64,000 nt of DNA, taken from positions 13,206,001-13,270,000 of the forward strand of contig OZ024744.1 of NCBI GenBank assembly GCA_964016885.1, in the 5' to 3' direction. Below the pieces are notes generated by a model. The model worked only from the letters and a program-made list of their open reading frames with translations. It did not search any database and had not been told where the DNA came from. Each line of letters begins with the position of its first letter. Positions within the stretch are counted from its first letter, which is position 1. Source of the stretch: Eledone cirrhosa. Its lineage: Eukaryota. The position numbers and the translations under genes are program-made. Positions 1-11,900 of the stretch are shown here, piece by piece.

Positions 1-809
1 GAGATTACAACTCCCATACTATGGACATGTGGTTAGAATGTCTCAGTAGATTAGAGTGTCATTCCAGTTAAAGCTACTCTCTAAATTGAGAGATCAGAAC
101 TCCCATACTATCGACATGTGGGTAGAATGTCTCAGTAGACCAGAGAGTCACTCCAGTTAAAGCGACTAATTCTCTAAATTGAGAGATCACAACTCCCATA
201 CTATGGACATGTGGTTAGAATGTCTCAGTAGATTAGAGTGTCATTCCAGTTAAAGCTACTCTCTAAATTGAGAGATCACAACTCCTATACTATGGACATG
301 GGGTTAGAATGTCTCAGTAGATCAGAGTGTCACTCCAGTTAAAGCCACTCTCTAAATTGAGGGATCACAACTCCCATACTATGGACATGTTGTTAGAATG
401 TCTCAGTAGATCAGAGAGTCATTCCAGTTAAAACCACTCTCTAAATTGTGAGATCACAACTCCAATTCTATGGACATGGGGTTTGAAAGACTCAGTAGAT
501 TAGAGTGTCACTTCAGTTGAAGCTACTCTCTAAATTGAGAGATCACAACTCCAATACTATGGACATGTGGTTAGAATGTCTCAGTAGATCAGAGTGTCAC
601 TCCTGTTAAAGCTACTCACTAAATTGAGAGATTACAACTCCCATACTATGGACATGCGGTTAGAATGTCTCAGTAGATTAGAGTGTCATTCCAGTTAAAG
701 CTACTCTCTAAATTGAGAGATCAGAACTCCCATACTATCGACATGTGGGTAGAATGTCTCAGTAGACCAGAGAGTCACTCCAGTTAAAGCGACTAATTCT
801 CTAAATTGA

Positions 810-3800
810 GAGATCACAACTCCCATACTATGGACATGTGGTTAGAATGTCTCAGTAGATTAGAGTGTCATTCCAGTTAAAGCTACTCTCTAAATTGAGA
901 GATCACAACTCCAATACTATGGACATGTGGTTAGAATGTCTCAGTAGATCAGAGTGTCACTCCAGTTAAAGCTACTCTCTAAATTGAGAGATTACAACTC
1001 CTATACTATGGACATGGGGTTAGAATGTCTCAGAAAATCAGAGTGTCACTCCAGTTAAAGCCACTCTCTAAATTGAAACATCACAACTCCCATACTATGG
1101 ACATGTTTTTAGAATGTCTCAGTAGATCAGAGAGTCACTCCAGTTAAAGCCACTCTCTAAATTGAGAGATCACAACTCCAATACTATGGACATGGGGTTT
1201 GAAAGTCTCAGTAGATTAGAGTGTCACTCCAGTTAAAGCTACTCTCTAAATTGAGAGATCACAACTCCTATACTATGGACATGGGGTTAGAATGTCTCAG
1301 TAGATCAGAGTGTCACTCCAGTTAAAGCCACTCTCTCAATTGAGGGATCACAACTCCCATACTATGGACATGTTGTTAGAATATCTCAGTAGATCAGAGA
1401 GTCACTCCAGTTAAAGCCACTCTCTGAATTGAGAAATCACAACTCCAATACTATGGAGATGGGGTTTGAACGTCTCAGTAGATCAGAGAGTCGCTCAAGT
1501 TAAAGCCACTCTCTAAATTGAGAGATCACAACTTCCATACTATGGACATGTGGTTAGAATGTCTCAGTAGATCAGAGAGTCACTCCAGTTAAAGCTACTC
1601 TCTAAATTGAGAGATCACAACTCCCATACTATCGACATGGGGTTTGAATGTCTCAGTAGATCAGAGAGTCACTCCAGTAAAAGCCACTCTCTAAATTGAG
1701 AGATCACAACTCCAATACTATGGACATGGGGTTTGAACGTCTCAGTAGATCAGAGAGTCGCTCAAGTTAAAGCCACTCTCTAAATTGAGAGATCACAACT
1801 CCAATACTATGGACATGTGGTTAGAATGTCTCAGTAGATCAGAGAGTCACTTCAGTTAAAGCCACTCTCTAAATTAAGAGATCACAACTTCCATACTATG
1901 GACATGTGGTTAGAATGTCTCAGTAGATCAGAGATTCACTCCAGTTAAAGCCACTCTCTAAATTGAGAGATCACAACTCCAATACTATGGTCATGTGGTT
2001 AGAATGTCTCAGTAGATCAGAGAGTCACTCCAGTTAAAGCCACTCTCTAAATTCAGAGATCACAACTCCAACACTATGGACTTGGGCTTTGAATGTCTCA
2101 GTAGATCAGAGAGTCATTCCAGTTAAAGCCACTCTCTAAATTGAGAGATCACAACTCCCGTACTATGGACGTGTGGTTAGAATGTCTCAGTAGATCAGAG
2201 AATCACTCCAGTTAAAGCTACTCTCTAAATTGAGAGATCACAACTCCCACATTATGGAAATATGGTTACAATGTCTCAGTAGATCATAGAGTCACTCCAG
2301 TTAAAGCCACTCTCTAAATTCAGAGATCACAACTCCAAATCTATGGACATGGGCTTTGAATGTCTCAGTAGATCAGAGTGTCACTCCAGTTAAAGTTACT
2401 CTCTAAATTGAGAGATCACAACTCCAATAGTATGGACATGGGGTTTGAATGTCTCAGTAGATCAGAGTGTTACTCCAGTTAAAGCTAATCTCTAAATTGA
2501 GAGATCACAACTCCAATACTATGGACATGTGGTTAGAATGTCTCAGTAGATCAGAGAGACATTCCAGTTAAAGCCACTCTCTAAATTGAGAGATCACAAC
2601 TCCCGTACTATGGACGTGTGGTTAGAATGTCTCAGTAGTTCAGAGAATCACTCCAGTTAAAGCTACTCTCTAAATTGAGAGATCACATCTCCCATACTAT
2701 GGACATGTGGTTAGAATGTCTCAGTAGATTAGAGTGTCATTCCAGTTAAAGCTACTCTCTAAATTGAGAGATCACAACTCCAATACTATGGACATGTGGT
2801 TAGAATGTCTCAGTAGATCAGAGTGTCACTCCAGTTAAAGCTACTCTCTAAATTGAGAGATTACAACTCCTATACTATGGACATGGGGTTAGAATGTCTC
2901 AGTAGATCAGAGTGTCACTGCAGTTAAAGCCACTCTCTAAATTGAAACATCACAACTCCCATACTATGGACATGTTGTTAGAATGTCTCAGTAGATCAGA
3001 GAGTCACTCCAGTTAAAGCCACTCTCTAAATTGAGAGATCACAACTCCAATACTATGGACATGGGGTTTGAAAGTCTCAGTAGATTAGAGTGTCACTCCA
3101 GTTAAAGCTACTCTCTAAATTGAGAGATCACAACTCCTATACTATGGACATGGGTTTAGAATGTCTCAGTAGATCAGAGTGTCACTCCAGTTAAAGCCAC
3201 TCTCTAAATTGAGGGATCACAACTCCCATACTATGGACATGTTGTTAGAATGTCTCAGTAGATCAGAGAGTCACTCCAGTTAAAGCCACTCTCTGAATTA
3301 AGAGATCACAACTCCAATACTATGGAGATGGGGTTTGAATGTCTCAGTAGATCAGAGAGTCGCTCAAGTTAAAGCCACTCTCTAAATTGGGAGATCACAA
3401 CTCCAATACTATGGACATGTGGTTAGAATGTGTCAGTAGATCAGAGTGTCCCTACAGTTAGAGCCACTCTCTAAATTGAGAGATCACAACTTCCATACTA
3501 TGGACATGTGGTTAGAATGTCTCAGTAGATCAGAGAGTCACTCCAGTTAAAGCTACTCTCTAAATTGAGAGATCACAACTCCCATACTATGGACATGGGG
3601 TTTGAATGTCTCAGTAGATCAGAGAGACACTCCAGTGAAAGCCACTCTCTAAATTGAGAGATCACAACTCCAATACTATGGACATGGGGTTTGAATGTCT
3701 CAGTAGATCAGAGAGTCGCTCAAGTTAAAGCCACTCTCTAAATTGAGAGATCACAACTCCAATACTATGGACATGTGGTTAGAATGTCTCAGTAGATCAG

Positions 3801-4740
3801 AGAGTCACTTCAGTTAAAGCCACTCTCTAAATTAAGAGATCACAACTTCCATACTATGGACATGTGGTTAGAATGTCTCAGTAGATCAGAGAGTCACTCC
3901 AGTTAAAGCCACTCTCTAAATTGAGAGATCACAACTCCAATACTATGGTCATGTGGTTAGAATGTCTCAGTAGATCAGAGAGTCACTCCAGTTAAAGCCA
4001 CTCTCTAAATTCAGAGATCACAACTCCAACACTATGGACATGGGCTTTGAATGTCTCAGTAGATCAGAGAGTCATTCCAGTTAAAGCCACTCTCTAAATT
4101 GAGAGATCACAACTCCCGTACTATGGACGTGTGGTTAGAATGTCTCAGTAGATCAGAGAATCACTCCAGTTAAAGCTACTCTCTAAATTGAGAGATCACA
4201 ACTCCCACATTATGGAAATATGGTTACAATGTCTCAGTAGATCAGAGAGTCACTCCAGTTAAAGCCACTCTCTAAATTGAGAGATCACAACTCCAATACT
4301 ATGGACATGTGGTTAGAATGTCTCAGTAGATCAGAAAGTCACTCCAGTTAAAGCCACTCTCTAAATTCAGAGATCACAACTCCAACACTATGGACATGGG
4401 CTTTGAATGTCTCAGTAGATCAGAGTGTCACTCCAGTTAAAGTTACTCTCTAAATTGAGAGATCACAACTCCAATAATATGGACATGGGGTTTGAATGTC
4501 TCAGTAGATCAGAGTGTCACTCCAGTTAAAGCTAATCTCTAAATTGAGAGATCACAACTCCAATACTATGGACATGTGGTTAGAATGTCTCAGTAGATCA
4601 GAGAGTCATTCCAGTTAAAGCCACTCTCTAAATTGAGAGATCACAACTCTCGTACTATGGACGTGTGGTTAGAATGTCTCAGTAGATCAGAGAATCACTC
4701 CAGTTAAAGCTACTCTCTAAATTGAGAGATCACAACTCCC
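810..4740. repeat. Imperfect tandem duplication of about 21-22 monomers
   Basis: GAAACA at 1075 and 2944 (offset 1869=21x89). ATTATGGAAATATGGTTACA at 2251 and 4209 (offset 1958=22x89). Boundaries are approximate. Confidence 0.75.
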
Positions 4741-5199
4741 ATACTATGGAAATGTGGTTAGAATGTCTCAGTAGATCAGAGAGTCACTCCAGTTAAGGCC
4801 ACTCTCTAAATTGAGAGATCACAACTCCAATACTATGGACATGTGGTTAGAATGTCTCAGTAGATCAGAAGGTCACTCCAGTTAAAGCTACACTCTAAAT
4901 TGAGAGATCACAACTCCTATACTATGGACATGTGGTTAGAATGTCTCAGTACATTAGTGAGTCATTCCAGTTAAAGCCACTCTCTAAATTGTGAGATCAC
5001 AACTCCAATTCTATGGACATGGGGTTTGAAAGTCTCAGTAGATTAGAGTGTCATTCCAGTTAAAGCTACCCTCTAAATTGAGAGATCACAACTCCCATAC
5101 TATGGACATGTGGGTAGAATGTCTCAGTAGATCAGAGAGTCACTCCAGTTAAAGCGACTAATTCTCTAAATTGAGAGATCACATCTCCCATACTATGGA

Positions 5200-8100
5200 C
5201 ATGTGGTTAGAATGTCTCAGTAGATCAGAGTGTCACTCCAGTTAAAGCTACTCTCAAAATTGAGAGATCACAACTCCAATACTATGGACATGGGGTTTGA
5301 AAGTCTCAGTAGATTAGAATGCCACTCCAGTTAAAGCTACTCTCTAAATTGAGAGATCACAACTCCAATATGATGGACATGGGGTTTGAATGTCTCAGTA
5401 GATCAGAGAGTCGCTCAAGTTAAAGCCACTCTCTAAATTGAGAGATCACAACTCCAATACTATGGACATGTGGTTAGAATGTCTCAGTAGATCAGAGTGT
5501 CACTCCAGTTAAAGCTACTCTCTAAATTGAGAGATCACAACTCCCATACTATGGACATGTGGTTAGAATGTCTCAGTAGATTAGAGTGTCATTCCAGTTA
5601 AAGCTACTCTCTAAATTGAGAGATCACAACTCCCATACTATGGACATGTGGGTAGAATGTCTCAGTAGATCAGAGAGTCACTCCAGTTAAAGCGACTAAT
5701 TCTCTAAATTGAGAGATCACAACTCCCATACTATGGACATGTGGTTAGAATGTCTCAGTAGATCAGAGAGTCACTCCAGTTAAAGCTACTCTCTAAATTG
5801 AGAGATCACATCTCCCATACTATGGACATGTGGTTAGAATGTCTCAGTAGAACAGAGAGTCACTCTTGTTAAAGCTACTCTCTAAATTGAGAGATCACAA
5901 CTCCCATACTATGGACATGTGGTTAGAATCTCTCAGTAGATCAGAGAGTCATTCCAGTTAAAGCCACTCTCTAAATTGAGAGATCACAACTCCCATACTA
6001 TGGACGTGTGGTTAGAATGTATCAGTAGATCAGAGAATCACTCCAGTTAAAGCTACTCTCTAAATTGAGAGATCACAACTCCCATACTATGGACATGTGG
6101 TTAGAACGTCTCAGTAGATCAGAGAGTCACTCCAGTTAAAGCTACTCTCTAAATTGAGAGATCACAACTCCCATACTATGGACATGTGGTTAGAATGTCT
6201 CAGTAGATTAGAGTGTCTTTCCAGTTAAAGCTACTCTCTAAATTGAGAGATCACAACTGCCATACTATGGACATGTGGGTAGAATGTCTCAGTAGATCAG
6301 AGAGTCACTCCAGTTAAAGCGACTAATTCTCTAAATTGAGAGATCACAACTCCCATACTATGGACATGTGGTTAGAATGTCTCAGTAGATCAGAGTCACT
6401 CCAGTTAAAGCTACTCTCTAAATTGAGAGATCACAACTCCCATACTATGGTCATGTGGTTAGAATGTCTCAGTAGATCAGAGAGTCACTCCAGTTAAAGC
6501 CACTCTCTAAATTGAGAGATCACAACTCCCATACTATGGACATGTGGTTAGAAAGTCTCAGTAGATCAGAAAGTCACTCCAGCTAAAGCTACCTTCTAAA
6601 TTGTGAGATCACAACTCCTATACTATGGAGATAGGGTTAGAATGTCTCAGTAGATCAGAGTGTCACTCCAGTTAAAGCCACTCTCTAAATTGAGAGATCA
6701 CAACTCCCATACTATGGACATGTGGTTAGAATGTCTCAGTAGATCAGAGAGTCACTCCAGTTAAAGCCACTCTCTAAATTGAGAGATCACAACTCCAATA
6801 CTATGGACATGGGGTTTGAATGTCTCAGTAGATCAGAGAGTCGCTCAAGTTAAAGCCACTCTCTAAATTGAGAGATCACAACTCCAATACTATGGACATG
6901 TGGTTAGAATGTCTCAGTAGATCAGAGTGTCACTCCAGTTAAAGCTACTCTCAAAATTGAGAGATCACAACTCCAATACTATGGACATGGGGTTTGAAAG
7001 TCTCAGTAGATTAGAATGTCACTCCAGTTAAAGCTACTCTCTAAATTGAGAGATCACAACTCCAATATGATGGACATGGGGTTTGAATGTCTCAGTAGAT
7101 CAGAGAGTCGCTCAAGTTAAAGCCACTCTCTAAATTGAGAGATCACAACTCCAATACTATGGACATGTGGTTAGAATGTCTCAGTAGATCAGAGTGTCAC
7201 TCCAGTTAAAGCTACTCTCTAAATTGAGAGATCACAACTCCCATACTATGGACATGTGGTTAGAATGTCTCAGTAGATTAGAGTGTCATTCCAGTTAAAG
7301 CTACTCTCTAAATTGAGAGATCACAACTCCCATACTATGGACATGTGGGTAGAATGTCTCAGTAGATCAGAGAGTCACTCCAGTTAAAGCGACTAATTCT
7401 CTAAATTGAGAGATTACAACTCCCATACTATGGACATGTGGTTAGAATGTCTCAGTAGATCAGAGAGTCACTCCAGTTAAAGCTACTCTCTAAATTGAGA
7501 GATCACATCTCCCATACTATGGACATGTGGTTAGAATGTCTCAGTAGAACAGAGAGTCACTCTTGTTAAAGCTACTCTCTAAATTGAGAGATCACAACTC
7601 CCATAATATGGACATGTGGTTAGAATCTCTCAGTAGATCAGAGAGTCATTCCAGTTAAAGCCACTCTCTAAATTGAGAGATCACAACTCCCATACTATGG
7701 ACGTGTGGTTAGAATGTATCAGTAGATCAGAGAATCACTCCAGTTAAAGCTACTCTCTAAATTGAGAGATCACAACTCCCATACTATGGACATGTGGTTA
7801 GAACGTCTCAGTAGATCAGAGAGTCACTCCAGTTAAAGCTACTCTCTAAATTGAGAGATCACAACTCCCATACTATGGACATGTGGTTAGAATGTCTCAG
7901 TAGATTAGAGTGTCTTTCCAGTTAAAGCTACTCTCTAAATTGAGAGATCACAACTGCCATACTATGGACATGTGGGTAGAATGTCTCAGTAGATCAGAGA
8001 GTCACTCCAGTTAAAGCGACTAATTCTCTAAATTGAGAGATCACAACTCCCATACTATGGACATGTGGTTAGAATGTCTCAGTAGATCAGAGTCACTCCA

Positions 8101-8600
8101 GTTAAAGCTACTCTCTAAATTGAGAGATCACAACTCCCATACTATGGTCATGTGGTTAGAATGTCTCAGTAGATCAGAGAGTCACTCCAGTTAAAGCCAC
8201 TCTCTAAATTGAGAGATCACAACTCCCATACTATGGACATGTGGTTAGAAAGTCTCAGTAGATCAGAAAGTCACTCCAGCTAAAGCTACCTTCTAAATTG
8301 TGAGATCACAACTCCTATACTATGGAGATAGGGTTAGAATGTCTCAGTAGATCAGAGTGTCACTCCAGTTAAAGCCACTCTCTAAATTGAGAGATCACAA
8401 CTCCCATACTATGGACATGTGGTTAGAATGTCTCAGTAGATCAGAGAGTCACTCCAGTTAAAGCCACTCTCTAAATTGAGAGATCACAACTCCAATACTA
8501 TGGACATGGGGTTTGAATGTCTCAGTAGATCAGAGAGTCGCTCAAGTTAAAGCCACTCTCTAAATTGAGAGATCACAACTCCAATACTATGGACATGTGG
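5200..8600. repeat. 19-monomer higher-order duplication (1697 bp), 2 copies
   Basis: TCAAAA at 5254 and 6951. The 87-bp deletion monomer (CAGAGTCACT) lies at 6391 and 8088. Offset 1697=19x89+4+4-2. Confidence 0.9.
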
Positions 8601-8902
8601 TTAGAATGTCTCATTAGATCAAAGAGTCACTTCAGTTAAAGCTACTCTCTAAATTGAGAGATCACAACTTCAATACTATGGACATGGGGTTTGAAAGTCT
8701 CAGTAGATCAGAGTGTCACTCCAGTTAAAGCTACTCTCTAAATTGAGAGATTACAACTCCAATACTATGGACATGTGGGTAGAACGTCTCAGTAGATTAG
8801 AGAGTCACTCCAGTTAAAGCTACACTCTAAATTGAGAGATCACAACTCCTATACTATGGACATGGGGTTAGAATGTCTCAGTAGATCAGAGTGTCACTCC
8901 TG

Positions 8903-11900
8903 TTAAAGCCACTCTCTAAATTGAGGAATCACAACTCCCATACTATGGACATGTTGTTAGAATGTCTCAGTAGATCAGAGAGTCATTCCAGTTAAAGCCA
9001 CTCTCTAAATTGTGAGATCACAACTCCAATTCTATGGACATGGGGTTTGAAAGTCTCAGTAGATTAGAGTGTCACATCAGTTGAAGCTACTCTCTAAATT
9101 GAGAGATCACAACTCCAATACTATGGACATGTGGTTATAATGTCTCAGTAGATCAGAGTGTCACTCCTGTTAAAGCTACTCTCTAAATTGAGAGATTACA
9201 ACTCCCAAACTATGGACATGTGGTTAGAATGTCTCAGTAGATTAGAGTGTCATTCCAGTTAAAGCTACCCTCTAAATTGAGAGATCACAACTCCCATACT
9301 ATGGACATGTGGGTAGAATGTCTCAGTAGATCAGAGAGTCACTCCAGTTAAAGCGACTAATTCTCTAAATTGAGAGATCACATCTCCCATACTATGGACA
9401 TGTGGTTAGAATGTCTCAGTAGATCAGAGTGTCATTCCAGTTAAAGCTACTCTCTAAATTGAGAGATCACAACTCCAATACTATGGACATGTGGTTAGAA
9501 TGTCTCAGTAGATCAGAGTGTCACTCCAGTTAAAGCTACTCTCTAAATTGAGAGATTACAACTCCTATACTATGGACATGGGGTTAGAATGTCTCAGTAG
9601 ATCAGAGTGTCACTCCAGTTAAAGCCACTCTCTAAATTGAAACATCACAACTCCCATACTATGGACATGTTGTTAGAATGTCTCAGTAGATCAGAGAGTC
9701 ACTCCAGTTAAAGCCACTCTCTAAATTGAGAGATCACAACTCCAATACTATGGACATGGGGTTTGAAAGTCTCAGTAGATTAAAATGTCACTCCAGTTAA
9801 AGCTACTCTCTAAATTGAGAGATCACAACTCCAATATGATGGACATGGGGTTTGAATGTCTCAGTAGATCAGAGAGTCGCTCAAGTTAAAGCCACTCTCT
9901 AAATTGAGAGATCACAACTCCAATACTATGGATATGTGGTTAGAATGTCTCAGTAGATCAGAGTGTCACTCCAGTTAAAGCTACTCTCTAAATTGAGAGA
10001 TTACAACTCCCATACTATGGACATGTGGTTAGAATGTCTCAGTAGATCAGAGTGTCACTCCAGTTAAAGCCACTCTCTAAATTGAGAGATCACAACTCCC
10101 ATACTATTGACATGTGGTTAGAATGTCTCAGTAGATCAGAGAGTCACTCCAGTTAAAGCCACTCTCTAAATTGAGAGATCACAACTCCCATACTATGGAC
10201 ATGGGGTTTGAATGTCTCAGTAGATCAGAGAATCACTCCAGTTAAAGCCACTCTCTAAATTGAGAGATCACAACTCCAATACTATGGACATGGGGTTTGA
10301 ATGTCTCAGTAGATCAGAGAGTCGCTCAAGTTAAAGCCACTCTCTAAATTGAGAGATCACAACTCCAATACTATGGACATGTGGTTAGAATGTCTCAGTA
10401 GATCAGAGAGTCACTTCAGTTAAAGCTACTCTCTAAATTGAGAGATCACATCTCCCATACTATGGACATGTGGTTAGAATGTCTCAGTAGAACAGAGAGT
10501 CACTCTTGTTAAAGCTACTCTCTAAATTGAGAGATCACAACTCCCATACTATGGACATGTGGTTAGAATCTCTCAGTAGATCAGAGAGTCATTCCAGTTA
10601 AAGCCACTCTCTAAATTGAGAGATCACAACTCCCATACTATGGACGTGTGGTTAGAATGTATCAGTAGATCAGAGAATCACTCCAGTTAAAGCTACTCTC
10701 TAAATTGAGAGATCACAACTTCCATACTATGGACATGTGGTTAGAACGTCTCAGTAGATCAGAGAGTCACTCCAGTTAAAGCTACTCTCTAAATTGAGAG
10801 ATCACAACTCCCATACTATGGACATGTGGTTAGAATGTCTCAGTAGATTAGAGTGTCTTTCCAGTTAAAGCTACTCTCTAAATTGAGAGATCACAACTCC
10901 CATACTATGGACATGTGGGTCGAATGTCTCAGTAGATCAGAGAGTCACTCAAGTTAAAGCAACTAATTCTCTAAATTGAGAGATCACAACTCCAATACTA
11001 TGGACATGTGGTTAGAATGTCTCAGTAGATCAGAGTGTCACTCCAGTTAAAGCTACTCTCAAAATTGAGAGATCACAACTCCAATACTATGGACATGGGG
11101 TTTGAAAGTCTCAGTAGATTAGAATGTCACTCCAGTTAAAGCTACTCTCTAAATTGAGAGATCACAACTCCAATATGATGGACATGGGGTTTGAATGTCT
11201 CAGTAGATCAGAGAGTCGCTGAAGTTAAAGCCACTCTCTAAATTGAGAGATCACAACTCCAATACTATGGACATGTGGTTAGAATGTCTCAGTAGATCAG
11301 AGTGTCACTCCAGTTAAAGCTACTCTCTAAATTGAGAGATTACAACTCCCATACTATGGACATGTGGTTAGAATGTCTCAGTAGATTAGAGTGTCATTCC
11401 AGTTAAAGCTACTCTCTAAATTGAGAGATCACAACTCCCATACTATGGACATGTGGGTAGAATGTCTCAGTAGATCAGAGAGTCACTCCAGTTAAAGCGA
11501 CTAATTCTCTAAATTGAGAGATCACAACTCCCATACTATGGACATGTGGTTAGAATGTCTCAGTAGATCAGAGAGTCACTCCAGTTAAAGCTACTCTCTA
11601 AATTGAGAGATCACATCTCCCATACTATGGACATGTGGTTAGAATGTCTCAGTAGAACAGAGAGTCACTCTTGTTAAAGCTACTCTCTAAATTGAGAGAT
11701 CACAACTCCCATCCTATGGACATGTGGTTAGAATCTCTCAGTAGATCAGAGAGTCATTCCAGTTAAAGCCACTCTCTAAATTGAGAGATCACAACTCCCA
11801 TACTATGGACGTGTGGTTAGAATGTATCAGTAGATCAGAGAATCACTCCAGTTAAAGCTACTCTCTAAATTGAGAGATCACAACTCCCATACTATGGACA

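Noticed and set aside
1-89. Tandem tRNA, 5S rRNA or snRNA gene cluster
   Set aside because: I see no cloverleaf, no Pol III A/B box (no GTTCGA-like motif), no oligo-T terminator and no recognisable similarity to these RNAs.
90-271. Monomer derived from two ~45-bp subrepeats (AGATCA...ACTCC occurs twice, 46/43 bp apart)
   Set aside because: Similarity is limited to two short words and the rest does not align by eye. It cannot be supported without a statistical self-alignment.
6628-6642. Telomere-like TAGGGTTAG / GGGTTAG in some monomers
   Set aside because: It is only about 1.5 units of TTAGGG, arises by point variation of TGTGGTTAG, and is never tandem.
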